This document shows positions 37,760 through 47,861 of a DNA stretch of 64,000 bases, piece after piece (position 1 is the first letter of the stretch; every line of letters begins with the position of its first letter). The position numbers and the translations under genes are program-made. The notes below the pieces were generated by a model. It did no database searches, had not been told where the DNA came from, and saw only the letters and a program-made list of their open reading frames with translations. The stretch is taken from positions 248,001 to 312,000 of IMG/VR virus record IMGVR_UViG_3300021964_000012; one strand, written 5' to 3'.

Positions 37760-40497
37760 TATAATCTTCCTACTAGAACTTCTATCACACCTGGACCATC
37801 ATTGTCTTTGTTTTCAATTGCTTTACCGATTACACTACCAGTTGGTGGATTATGAATATCTTTGTATGCTTGTGCATGTCCAGGTTCGTCACTGCTGATC
37901 AACATATCGCCTTTGCGTACGGTTCCAACAACCTTGCATGGTACTCGTCCAATAAGTGCTACACTGATACCATCTAAATCATTGTTCATCAAGTAGGCAG
38001 GATCAGTTGAAACTACACCTGCAATTGCAGTGCTTCTAGACCTACGAGTTTGTGTTACTTCGTATTCGCCTCCAAGTTCAACAACAGTTCCAGGCTCATA
38101 ATCTTGATCACTGGTATATTTTTCTGCCAGGTCAGCATACCTTGCTTGTGTGGCGGTTGCAGTTATCACGCCAGCACTAAAATTGCCCGAACTATCTCTA
38201 GCAACAATGGTGCTAGCTGTATTAGCACTAGTGGCATTACTGGTAATGGTAACACTACCACTAGCACCACCACCTGAAAGTCCTGTTCCACTTACCGCAA
38301 CGTTGGTAATATCACCTACATTAGTGGTATAACCAGCACCATTAGTTAGCTGATTGTTGTTTGTTGGTATATCACTGGTAAGTGCAATAGTACCAGTAGA
38401 GGTTGGTAGTGTTAGTGTTCCGGTATTACTGATTGTGCTAATAACTGGACTGGTAAGTGTTTTATTTGTAAGTGTTTGTGAACCAGTTAGCGTTGCAACT
38501 GTACTGTCAATTGACAAGGTATGTGCAACACCTTCACCTGTGGTTGCTCCACTTGATGATATACCAGTACCGCCAGTAATTGTTCCAACATAGTTGCCTG
38601 TTGTATCTGTACCTAGTGCAACTGAGTTTGCAGCAATAGTAGTTGTAATGCTCGCAGTATCACCTGCACTAGTAAAGGTAGCACTACCAGTAACATCACC
38701 GCTTAGTTGTACGGTCACTGCACTGCTTAATCCACCAGCAGTGCCTGTGGTGTTTTGATTGAGTGTTGCTACACGTGCCGCCGCTACAGTGCCTGTTGAA
38801 ATATTTGATCCATTTAAGGCTGTTAAACTTGCACCACTACCACTAAATGCCGCTGATGTTAACAAACCAGTGCTTGGATTGTACGTTAATCCACTGTCTT
38901 GTTTTACCGCAGTTAAATCACCAGTTGTGGTACTTGCAAAATATAATAAGAAATTGGTATTTGTACTGGTATCTGAACTTACTGTTGCACCGCCTCCGCT
39001 TGCATCAGCAAAACTAAGAGTTCCTGCACCATCAGTAACAAGAACTTGATCAGCAGTACCGTCTGAGGTTGGAAACTTATAGGCATTGTTAAATGTGATA
39101 GCACCACTGTCGTTGCCGTCAATCTTAAACTGTCCGTTATTGCCTGCAGGATCTGCACCTGTGCCATCAGTATCAACAGCAACCGAAAACTGTGTTCTAG
39201 CAGCATTATTTGTATTATCAAAAGCAAACGATCCACCTGTAACCAGTGATGTACCATTGTAATATTCGTGGTTACTTCTAAATAGATAATCACCCGAGTT
39301 GACTGCAAGTGGTGATGCTACTGTGCCTCTGTATCTTCTTGTTCTTATATCTGGAGCGTCAGCACTGTTGTTGTACTGTTCCATACGAATCTGTGCTGTT
39401 TGAGCATCCTCACCTGTCATGTGTAGTGTTACTTCAGGAGATGTTTGATTGATACCAACATAATTACTTGCTGTATCAATGGTTAAAATATCGGTTCCTT
39501 CGATACTTGTATTGTCTGATCCTACAATGAGAATTTCGTTGGCAGTACCAAGTGTAAGCCCAGTAACACCATCCAGCAGGTTAAGTTCAGTGGCTGTTGC
39601 TGTAACTGCCGTACCGCCGATGTAAAGATTCCCAGCATCAACACGCAAATCGTTTGTGACTGTAACATCTTGATTGGTTGCGTCAACAGTAATAGCGGTA
39701 CCATTTTGACCATTAGCAGCAATTTTCAAATCATTTGTAGAAAAAATACGGAAGTTGTCACTGCCATCATTATCAAATGCACCTACATTTGTCATACGCA
39801 AACCAGTGCCACTTTGATCAATTCTTAGTTCGTCAACGCCAGATATGTTACCGCTGGTAAATGATACTGTACCGTCTGTCATAGTACCAAATGTACCAAT
39901 CCCAGCAGTGGTTATGTTGCCGCCTGTGACGTTCCCTGTAGCAGTTACACTCGTAAGTGATGGAGTTAAACTTGGTGTAATTGTAAGTGTGTCTGTTGAT
40001 GCGTTGGTTGTTAGGGCAAGATTTGTACCAGCTACAATAGTAATTGTATCGCCTATAGCATCAGCAACAATACTATCTTCACCGCTTACTGCAACTGTGC
40101 CATAGGCTGCATTACCATTGCGAACAAAAGTCAGTGCAGTTGTGCCAATTGTGATTGGATCATCTGTGGTTAGTTTCCATTGAGTATCAGCATAGGTAGT
40201 ACCTTCGGTGATCATAATGATCATCCCTGCACTAACTTCTCCAGTGGTATCAGCATCCAATGATCGTGCCCAAGTTCCGTTTGATCCTGCACCAACTGTG
40301 GTTACATAGTATATTCCGTTTTCGCTTCCTGTGGATTGACCTGTGACTAGTATTCTATCACGCAGTGCAAGACTTACACCATCTACTGTAGCAGGTGCAC
40401 CTCCACTCAATGTAATGTTTGAAGTGGTTACTGCTCTAGCGGTTTGCTTGTAGTCTATGTCTTGAAGCTGGTGAGCTCTAGGCCGAGTTAATCCCAT
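37759..40497 (-). CDS. Tail fibre/appendage protein with C-terminal intramolecular chaperone (Peptidase G2-like)
   Basis: N-terminal DGV...DRILV.GQ..ENGIY..W.R module; Thr/Gly-rich; C-terminal YADLAEKY...GVVSTDPAYLMN...GRVPCKV...GKAIE. Confidence 0.8.
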   Translation of the reverse strand: MGLTRPRAHQLQDIDYKQTARAVTTSNITLSGGAPATVDGVSLALRDRILVTGQSTGSENGIYYVTTVGAGSNGTWARSLDADTTGEVSAGMIIMITEGTTYADTQWKLTTDDPITIGTTALTFVRNGNAAYGTVAVSGEDSIVADAIGDTITIVAGTNLALTTNASTDTLTITPSLTPSLTSVTATGNVTGGNITTAGIGTFGTMTDGTVSFTSGNISGVDELRIDQSGTGLRMTNVGAFDNDGSDNFRIFSTNDLKIAANGQNGTAITVDATNQDVTVTNDLRVDAGNLYIGGTAVTATATELNLLDGVTGLTLGTANEILIVGSDNTSIEGTDILTIDTASNYVGINQTSPEVTLHMTGEDAQTAQIRMEQYNNSADAPDIRTRRYRGTVASPLAVNSGDYLFRSNHEYYNGTSLVTGGSFAFDNTNNAARTQFSVAVDTDGTGADPAGNNGQFKIDGNDSGAITFNNAYKFPTSDGTADQVLVTDGAGTLSFADASGGGATVSSDTSTNTNFLLYFASTTTGDLTAVKQDSGLTYNPSTGLLTSAAFSGSGASLTALNGSNISTGTVAAARVATLNQNTTGTAGGLSSAVTVQLSGDVTGSATFTSAGDTASITTTIAANSVALGTDTTGNYVGTITGGTGISSSGATTGEGVAHTLSIDSTVATLTGSQTLTNKTLTSPVISTISNTGTLTLPTSTGTIALTSDIPTNNNQLTNGAGYTTNVGDITNVAVSGTGLSGGGASGSVTITSNATSANTASTIVARDSSGNFSAGVITATATQARYADLAEKYTSDQDYEPGTVVELGGEYEVTQTRRSRSTAIAGVVSTDPAYLMNNDLDGISVALIGRVPCKVVGTVRKGDMLISSDEPGHAQAYKDIHNPPTGSVIGKAIENKDNDGPGVIEVLVGRL

Positions 40498-40518
40498 GGT
40501 CTGTCCTTATCTTTGCAG

Positions 40519-40567
40519 TATTTATCTGGATTTTTGATCAAAAAAATAGCACCCAAAGGTGCTATTT
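40519..40567 (-). terminator. Terminator plus late promoter cassette, copy 1
   Basis: AAATAGCACC-TTTG-GGTGCTATTTTTTT (40567..40540) then ATAAATA (40525..40519). Confidence 0.8.
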
Positions 40568-40586
40568 CTAATTTGTTGTTTATGAA

Positions 40587-43500
40587 TTACATCATCATTG
40601 CTAGTACTTCAATAACTGCTTCTCCGCCTGCGTTGGATTCGATTGCTTTACCAATTACTGTACCAATTGCTGGACTGTTGTTAGCCATTGCTCGACCGTT
40701 ACCTGCACTTACCATTAAGTCACCTGCGTTAACAACACCTGTTACTTTACATGGTACTCTACCAGATATTGCTAGTGCAACACCTTCTTGATCCTTATTC
40801 ATCAAGTAGGCTGGATCTGTAGAAACAATACCTGCTACTGCATGATGGTTTGCTTGATTGCATGCGGCAAGTTTACCTTCACCTGCAAAGTGTACAACTG
40901 TGCCTGCTTCAATGTCGCCGTCTGCGGCATACATCTCAGCCAAGTCAGCGTATCGTGCTTGTGTAGCTGTTGCAGTTATTACACCAGCACTGAAATTTCC
41001 ACTACCATCTCTAAACACAATAGTTGAACCAGTGTTTGCGTTTGTAGCATTTGATGTTACAGTAAATGTTCCACCTTCACTGTTTACGCTACCACTTATA
41101 CCACTACCACTTGTAGCACCTTGTTGTACATAGTTTCCAGTTGTATCAGTGCTTAGAGCAACTGAGTTGGCTGCAATAGTTGCTGTTAATGTGGCATCGC
41201 CTAAGTTAGTAAGTGTTGCACTACCTGTCAAGTCTCCAGCTAATGTGATTGTTGGATCTGATGTTGCAGTAGTAGTAATACTTGCTGTATCACCTGCACT
41301 TGTAAATGTTGCACTTCCTGTAACTGCACCAGTCAACGATACTGTTACTGCACTTGATAAACCACCAGCAGTACCTGTTGTGTTTTGGTTAAGTGTTGCC
41401 ACTCTAGCCGCTGCAATTGTTCCTGAGCTTATGTTTGATCCATTAAGTGAGGTTAAACTTGCACCACTACCACTAAACGTTGTGGCTGCTAATACACCTG
41501 TACTACTATTAAAGGTTAAGTTGGAACCTGACTTAGCTCCAAGATCTCCAGTGGCTGCAGTTGCAAATAATGGAAAACAAGTTGTATCACTGCTTTCATC
41601 TGCTACTGTTATTGTTGTTGCAATTGTGGCTGTACCAGTTGTGTCTTGGTTCAGTGTTGCAACTCTAGCTGCTGCAATTGTTCCTGTTGTGACTTGCGAT
41701 CCATTAAGTGCTGTTAATGCAGATCCATCTCCACTAAAGGCTGCACTTGTAAGCGTTCCACTACTTGGATTGTATATCAATCCACTGTCTTGTTTAACAG
41801 CAGTCAATGCACCAGTTGTGGTACTTGCAAAGTATAACAAGAAGTCAGTATCTGTGCTTGTATCTGCACTTACAGTTGCTCCTGCAGCCGCAAAGCTCAA
41901 TGTTCCTGCACCGTCACTTACTAGAGCGTATCCACTTACACCAGCATCTGCTGACGGAAGTGTCCAAACTAGATCACTTGAGACTGTTGTTGGAGCCTGG
42001 AAACCTACATAGTTACTTGCGTCGCCGTCTAGGAATCTTACATCGCCTGTTGTGGCAAAATCACCTGCTACGTTAGCACCAGTTGATATTACAGTTAATG
42101 ACTGTGTACCACCCGAAGTAAGTCTTACATCACCATTGGTTCCTGAAAAGTCTACCGAACTGGTTCCGTTAACAATACTGTCACCAGCAATTTCAACGTT
42201 GGCGTCGATCACACCTGGTGTAGTACCGTCTGGACCAAAAAATCCAACTGCATTTCCGCCTGTGTTTTTAATAACAACGTTACCAAGTGTAATTGTGCTA
42301 CCTGTAAGGTAGAGATCGTTCCAACGCTCTGTTGAACTTCCCAAGTCATAGGTTGCGTTAGCAGTTGGTATAATGTTACCTTTTATTGCAACATCACCGC
42401 CATCTTGAGTGGTCACACTTGAAGTAGTATCATCTGATTCAAGTGCTAAGATTGTTGAAGTGGTTGTGATTTCTCTTACTTCAATTGTATCACCTGCAAG
42501 AGGTGCTTCAGTAAATGTTAGTGTTGTTCCACTTACAGCATATGCAGTTGTTGGTTCTTGTACCACACCGTTTATGCTTACAATACAACTTGCAGTTGTT
42601 TGAGTACTACCTAGTGTAAATGCTGTTGTGCTGTTATCACCTGAGAATGTTTCACTTGCAATAACTGTAAAGTCACTACCAGCAGTTGTCCAACTATCTG
42701 AATCATAGAATTCAAATTGATCAAGTGTGGAATTGAAACGTATCATACCAGTAACACCTGTTGGACGTTGTGCAGTTGTACCAACTGGAATCATCTGTGA
42801 ATCAGTTGAGTCAACTTTAAATGTTACACCTGTCGTAGTAGTTGCACTACCAACAACAATTGTGTCTGTACCAGCATCAATTGTTAGTAGGTTTGCATTT
42901 GAACTACCTTCAACAATAAAGTCTACATCTTGTGCATCTTGGTTAACAGTTATTGCAGTACCTGCTGATGTAATATCATCTGTTGCAATTGTTATGTTAC
43001 CAGTTTTAAGATTTGCACCAGTTACATCGCCTGTGGCATCTACTGCACCAGCTGTAGTAATGTTACCGCCTGCAACATTACCTGTAGCAGTAATAGTTGT
43101 ACCAGCTGTAATCCCATTTGTTATATCAGCATTGTCTGCAGCTACTTGACCAGCAGTGGTTAGATTGCCACCTGCAACATTACCTGTTGCAGTTATTGTT
43201 GAGCCTGAACTAATAAGTCCAGTAGCTTCCATTGCACCACCTGTTGTGATGTTTCCACCACTTACGTTACCAGTTGCAGTTATTGTTGTACTTGCCGTAA
43301 TAGCACCTGTAACAGCCGCAGTTGATCCGTCAAATGTAAAGTTTCCACTATCTTCAATTGCACCAGCAGTACCTGCTAATACAACACGACCACTTGTCAG
43401 ATCACTTACAACAGCACTTGCTAATGTAGCTTCGCCTGTGGTATTAATAGTGGCACTGTCCATAGCGTTTGCAGTTGTTAAGTTACCACCACTTACATTA

Positions 43501-46469
43501 CCTGTTGCAGTAATAGTTGTACCAGCTGTAATGCCATTTGTTATATCAGCATTGTCTGCGGCTACTTGTCCAGCAGTTGTTAAGTTACCACCTACAACAT
43601 TACCTGTTGCAGTAATAGTTGTACCAGCTGTAATGCCATTTGTTATATCAGCATTGTCTGCAGCCACTTGTCCAGCAGTGGTTAAGTTACCACCAGCTAC
43701 GTTTCCTGTTGCAGTAATAGTTGTACTTGCAGTTATTGCACCTGTGACCGCGGCAGTTGAACCGTCAAATGTAAAGTTTCCACTGTCTTCGATAGCACCA
43801 CTTGTCCCTGCTAGTACAACACGACCTGCGGTCAAGTCACTTACTATTGCACTTGCTAGAGTTGCTTCACCAGTGGTGTTGATAGTAGCACTGTCCATAG
43901 CATTAGCAGTGGTTAGGTTGCCACCAGTTACGTTACCAGTTGCAGTGATAGTTGATCCTGAACTAATTAATCCAGTTGCAACTACTGCACCACCTGTGTT
44001 TAGGTTACCGCCGGTTACATTACCAGTTACAACTGCAACACCCGAAAAGTTTGAACTTACACCGTCTACGTTTCCTGTGACTGTTAAGCTATCACCGTTG
44101 GCAACACCAATATTTGGTGTGGTTAGGTTAGCACTTGTCTTCACAACAACTGCATCACCAACTATAGCAGTGGTTACATCATCAACGTTAACACTTAATG
44201 TGTCACCAGTTTTGGTTAAACCATCACCAGCAGTAATACCTCCAGCACCTGAGAACTGTGTAAAGTTAATTTCAGTTGTGCCCATAGTTACCGGAGCATT
44301 TGTTGTACAAACAAAACCTGCATCAGCGTTAGTAGAACCTTCTTCAATAAATGTGAAACCTCCTGGAATTTCTCCACTTGGTGAACCTTGATCAAAATCA
44401 GTTGCTCTTGTTAATACGAAAGGATTTGAACCATCACCTACTGTGGTTACAACATAGATACCATTTTGTAAAGCAGCAGCTTGGTTTTGAACAAGCACTC
44501 TTTCGTCAGCAACAAGTGTTACGCCATCTATTGCGGCCAATGCTCCATTTGCGTCAGCAGTTAATGTAGCACCAACACCTGATGTACCATTATCGTATGT
44601 CACTGCCGGTAATGCACCTGTTGTTGCAGCCACACATGATCCTTTAATATCAAGACCTTCAGCAACTGAATCAACATATGATTTATTGGCAGCATCGCCA
44701 TCAGCAGTTGGAGTAGCAAGTTGAATAATTTTTGCGTTACTTGCATCAATAGAACCAGTTCCGTTTGGATCAAGTATAATATTTTGATTTGTACCTGTTG
44801 ATTGTATTGTTGGGTTAGCACCTTGGAATGTTGCTGAAGTAATGGTTAAACCTGAGATGTCACCGCTTGCATCAATGTCGCCACCAGTGGTTAAGTTGCC
44901 ACCTGATACATTTCCAGTTGCAGTTACAATACCACCTGTGTTTATGTTTCCACCAGTTACGTTACCAGTTGCAGTTAGTGTTGTACTAAATGAACCTGAT
45001 GTAGCACCTGTAATTGCACCTGAGTTGATACTTGCAGTACCATCTGTTAGAGTTCCACCTGTAACAGTTCCACTAAACGTTCCTGATGTAGCACCAGTAA
45101 TAGCACCTGAGTTAATACTTGCAGTACCATCAGTTAATGTACCGCCTGTAATTGTGCCTGACCCTGTGATATTGGTTGCACCTGTGATTGCTCCACTGCT
45201 TATACTTGCAGTGCCATCAGTAAGTGTGCCACCAGTAACTGTTCCACTGAATGTTCCTGATGTAGCACCAGTAATAGCACCAGAACTGATTGTAGCAGTT
45301 CCGTCTGTTAACGATCCACCTTCTACTGCACCACTGAATGTAGCGGCAACACCACTTGTTATTGAACCATCATCAATTGTTAATACGCCATCAGTGATTG
45401 CACCAGCAGTAACTATGTTTCCACCTGTAATATTTCCTGTAGCAGTAATACTTGCGGCTTGAAATGTACCTGCGGTGATTAAGTTACCACCTGTAATATT
45501 TCCTGTTGCCACAACCTGGCCAGCTGTAGTTAAGTTGCCACCACTTACGTTACCTGTTGCAACAATAGTAGTTCCGGCTGTTATGCCATTTGTAGCGTCT
45601 AGGTTATCTGCCTGTACTTGACCGCTAGTTGTTACATTACCACCACTTACGTTTCCAGTAGCAGTTATAGTTGTTCCGGCAGTAATGCCATTTGTAGCAT
45701 CTACGTTATCAGCTTGTACCTGTCCAGCAGTTGTAACATTGCCTCCTGAAACATTACCTGTTGCAACAATAGTGGTTCCGGCTGTAATTCCGTTAGTAGC
45801 ATCAACATTGTCTGCTTGTACCTGGCCAGCAGTGGTTACATTTCCACCAGCTACGTTTCCAGTTGCAGTGATTGTAGTTCCGGCTGTTATGCCATTTGTT
45901 ATATCAGCATTGTCACCAGCAACTTGACCTGCAGTAGTCAAGTTCCCACCACTTACGTTACCAGTTGCAGTTACAGTTGTACCAGCAGTGATTGATGTGC
46001 CAGCTTCAATTGTGCTTGAAGCATTCAATGCTGTTGTTACGTTACCTGATGGTGCTAAGTCGACCATTGTGATATCAGCAACTCTTGCATCTGCATAACT
46101 TGATAGTGTGATAGTGTTGGCACTGCCATCTGCTGATGTAAATCCAGCAGCAAATTGGTCGTTTGCCTCATCCCATATCCATGCTATGTTTGTATCATCT
46201 CCACGTTCTCCTACAAATCCTATGTCAACTGCTGCAGAGCCAGTTTGATCTTTTGCTAGTAGAAGTATTGGATCTTCAATGATTGTGTTGACTGTATCAA
46301 GTGTTGTACTTGTACCGTTAACTGTTAAGTTTCCTGTGATAGTAAGGTTACTACCATAGTTTAAGTTATTTGCTAACTTGCCAGCTGAAATACTATTATC
46401 TTGTAATTTCGAACTAGCTACAATGGTAGCGTCTGTAATTTGGTTGTTTGCAATTCTGGTTAATGCCAT
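40587..46469 (-). CDS. Very long tail fibre protein (1960 aa) with C-terminal intramolecular chaperone
   Basis: TATGNV.GGNL repeats; DGV...ERVLV.NQ...NGIYVV module; GTTAQRP..GMIRFN module; YADLAEMY C-terminal domain. Confidence 0.85.
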   Translation of the reverse strand: MALTRIANNQITDATIVASSKLQDNSISAGKLANNLNYGSNLTITGNLTVNGTSTTLDTVNTIIEDPILLLAKDQTGSAAVDIGFVGERGDDTNIAWIWDEANDQFAAGFTSADGSANTITLSSYADARVADITMVDLAPSGNVTTALNASSTIEAGTSITAGTTVTATGNVSGGNLTTAGQVAGDNADITNGITAGTTITATGNVAGGNVTTAGQVQADNVDATNGITAGTTIVATGNVSGGNVTTAGQVQADNVDATNGITAGTTITATGNVSGGNVTTSGQVQADNLDATNGITAGTTIVATGNVSGGNLTTAGQVVATGNITGGNLITAGTFQAASITATGNITGGNIVTAGAITDGVLTIDDGSITSGVAATFSGAVEGGSLTDGTATISSGAITGATSGTFSGTVTGGTLTDGTASISSGAITGATNITGSGTITGGTLTDGTASINSGAITGATSGTFSGTVTGGTLTDGTASINSGAITGATSGSFSTTLTATGNVTGGNINTGGIVTATGNVSGGNLTTGGDIDASGDISGLTITSATFQGANPTIQSTGTNQNIILDPNGTGSIDASNAKIIQLATPTADGDAANKSYVDSVAEGLDIKGSCVAATTGALPAVTYDNGTSGVGATLTADANGALAAIDGVTLVADERVLVQNQAAALQNGIYVVTTVGDGSNPFVLTRATDFDQGSPSGEIPGGFTFIEEGSTNADAGFVCTTNAPVTMGTTEINFTQFSGAGGITAGDGLTKTGDTLSVNVDDVTTAIVGDAVVVKTSANLTTPNIGVANGDSLTVTGNVDGVSSNFSGVAVVTGNVTGGNLNTGGAVVATGLISSGSTITATGNVTGGNLTTANAMDSATINTTGEATLASAIVSDLTAGRVVLAGTSGAIEDSGNFTFDGSTAAVTGAITASTTITATGNVAGGNLTTAGQVAADNADITNGITAGTTITATGNVVGGNLTTAGQVAADNADITNGITAGTTITATGNVSGGNLTTANAMDSATINTTGEATLASAVVSDLTSGRVVLAGTAGAIEDSGNFTFDGSTAAVTGAITASTTITATGNVSGGNITTGGAMEATGLISSGSTITATGNVAGGNLTTAGQVAADNADITNGITAGTTITATGNVAGGNITTAGAVDATGDVTGANLKTGNITIATDDITSAGTAITVNQDAQDVDFIVEGSSNANLLTIDAGTDTIVVGSATTTTGVTFKVDSTDSQMIPVGTTAQRPTGVTGMIRFNSTLDQFEFYDSDSWTTAGSDFTVIASETFSGDNSTTAFTLGSTQTTASCIVSINGVVQEPTTAYAVSGTTLTFTEAPLAGDTIEVREITTTSTILALESDDTTSSVTTQDGGDVAIKGNIIPTANATYDLGSSTERWNDLYLTGSTITLGNVVIKNTGGNAVGFFGPDGTTPGVIDANVEIAGDSIVNGTSSVDFSGTNGDVRLTSGGTQSLTVISTGANVAGDFATTGDVRFLDGDASNYVGFQAPTTVSSDLVWTLPSADAGVSGYALVSDGAGTLSFAAAGATVSADTSTDTDFLLYFASTTTGALTAVKQDSGLIYNPSSGTLTSAAFSGDGSALTALNGSQVTTGTIAAARVATLNQDTTGTATIATTITVADESSDTTCFPLFATAATGDLGAKSGSNLTFNSSTGVLAATTFSGSGASLTSLNGSNISSGTIAAARVATLNQNTTGTAGGLSSAVTVSLTGAVTGSATFTSAGDTASITTTATSDPTITLAGDLTGSATLTNLGDATLTATIAANSVALSTDTTGNYVQQGATSGSGISGSVNSEGGTFTVTSNATNANTGSTIVFRDGSGNFSAGVITATATQARYADLAEMYAADGDIEAGTVVHFAGEGKLAACNQANHHAVAGIVSTDPAYLMNKDQEGVALAISGRVPCKVTGVVNAGDLMVSAGNGRAMANNSPAIGTVIGKAIESNAGGEAVIEVLAMMM
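43030..43945 (-). repeat. In-frame coding repeats in the long fibre (approx. 34-aa units and a duplicated approx. 110-aa block)
   Basis: TATGNV.GGNLTTAGQVAADNADITNGITAGTTI repeated; NAMDSATINTTGEATLASA..SDLT.GRVVLAGT.GAIEDSGNFTFDG twice. Boundaries approximate. Confidence 0.85.
44990..45330 (-). repeat. In-frame DGTASI.SGAITGATSG.FSGTVTGGTLT repeats
   Basis: Four to five imperfect copies in the protein; boundaries approximate. Confidence 0.8.
45540..45975 (-). repeat. In-frame tandem approx. 34-aa (102-nt) repeats
   Basis: ATGNV.GGN.TT.GQV..DN.D.TNGITAGTTI about four times; boundaries approximate. Confidence 0.8.
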
Positions 46470-46530
46470 TTTGTACTGTATCCTTTACTTCAGAAACCCG
46501 TTAGAAGTTTTAATCAATCTCTTATGATAA

Positions 46531-46537
46531 TATTTAT
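46531..46537 (-). promoter_or_regulatory. Late promoter ATAAATA for the long fibre
   Basis: Intergenic motif upstream of an AAGGA SD. Confidence 0.55.
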
Positions 46538-46589
46538 CTAGGGGTGCGATTTTCAACAACCGTGGTTTACAGTGCTTTTATAATAGATT

Positions 46590-47861
46590 TTAGGTGGCAG
46601 AAATTGTACCATCAAAGCGTACTTGTTGCCAGTTTGAACCGTTGTATACGGCCAAACAAGGTGCCCCTCCATTACCATTACTAACATAAATTATCTGTCC
46701 AGCAGACGTATTTGTAAGTGCATTTGCTTCAGTTACAGTGTACGTTGGTAGTTGTAGACTATGAATAGTTGAGAACTGTGCAATTCCGTTGGTGTCTACT
46801 GTAATAGAATTACCCGTTCCGTTTGTAATAGAAGTCACAGTTGTGGTTGCAGTAATCTGCCTTACTTCAATAGCATCTCCACTTGCCGGTGCTTCAGTAA
46901 AAGTAAGTGTTGTACCACTTACAGAATAAGCAGTTGTAGGTGCTTGAACTGTACCATTTATGCTTACAATAACACTTGCAGTGGTTGCACTGGTGCTTAA
47001 TGTAAATGCAACAGTGCTATTGTCTCCTGAGAAGGTCTGACTAGTAATTGTTGTTGTATCTTGGCCAACAGTTTCCCATCCTGTGCCATTGTAGACTTCA
47101 ACAGCAGTTTCTGAGGTGTTAAAACGTAAATCACCAGTAGATGGAGATACAGGACGTTGTGCAGTATTACCAACTGCAATCTGCAGTGCAGTTGTTGTGT
47201 CAATGTTAACAGTTCCGTTTCCGGTGACTTCTAATACTATATCGCTTCCTGCATTACTAGTACCAACTGTTGTATCTGTAACAGTCAAATTTCCAATTGT
47301 TGATCCACCACCTACACCAAAAGGCCCAATGTATCTTGCTCCAACAATGTAAATTGACTTGCCTGTAACACCTGTTCCTATTTGACTAGGAATATTATCG
47401 CCATTAAAGTTTAGTACACCTGCTTGATAATCAAAAAACCATCCATCTTCATTTCCACTACCTGCTTGGAATAACTGTGTACCTGTGCTCTGTGGGCTGG
47501 CTGCACCAGCATCATCTACATAAACTTTAACCAAATAGGTTGATCCAAATTCAGTCGGAATCCAATCTGTTAAATTGGTTTTCCAGGTTTGGTTATCCGG
47601 AGCAGTTAGATCCTCGGTGGTTTCCACTGTAGCACTACCTCCAGCGGCATCTTGGTATATTTCAACAATACTGCTAGAAGAACTTGGTTTAACACCTGGT
47701 ATTGATGCTGAGCTCTGCCATACTTTGTCTGCCCGCATTAATAATGGAGATGCAATACTCTCGTTGAATGCTTCCTTGTTGGCAGGAGGTGCAGTTTTTG
47801 CAACTCCAAAACCAAGTTTTTTCCATAAAAAGTCTACTTTAGTGCTATCTGCTAGTGCCAT
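46590..47861 (-). CDS. Putative tail/baseplate-associated structural protein
   Basis: 423 aa; shares GNTAQRP..GDLRFN and FSGDNST.AFTL...QAPTTAY.VSGTTLTFTEAP modules with the long fibre. Confidence 0.7.
   Translation of the reverse strand: MALADSTKVDFLWKKLGFGVAKTAPPANKEAFNESIASPLLMRADKVWQSSASIPGVKPSSSSSIVEIYQDAAGGSATVETTEDLTAPDNQTWKTNLTDWIPTEFGSTYLVKVYVDDAGAASPQSTGTQLFQAGSGNEDGWFFDYQAGVLNFNGDNIPSQIGTGVTGKSIYIVGARYIGPFGVGGGSTIGNLTVTDTTVGTSNAGSDIVLEVTGNGTVNIDTTTALQIAVGNTAQRPVSPSTGDLRFNTSETAVEVYNGTGWETVGQDTTTITSQTFSGDNSTVAFTLSTSATTASVIVSINGTVQAPTTAYSVSGTTLTFTEAPASGDAIEVRQITATTTVTSITNGTGNSITVDTNGIAQFSTIHSLQLPTYTVTEANALTNTSAGQIIYVSNGNGGAPCLAVYNGSNWQQVRFDGTISAT

Noticed and set aside
37759-41000. 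Similar 3' ends of the two fibre genes as a DGR template/variable pair
   Set aside because: Both copies are coding, differences are not adenine-specific by eye, and no reverse transcriptase is in the window.
40788-45927. Long plus-strand ORFs (e.g. 43156..44391, 41149..42012, 44842..45462)
   Set aside because: Antisense shadows of the Thr/Gly/Ala-biased fibre gene; V/A/P-rich, no SD or promoter, no recognisable motifs.
43030-45975. Regularly spaced repeats resembling a CRISPR array
   Set aside because: Units are multiples of 3, in frame, vary at synonymous sites and lack unique spacers; no cas genes.
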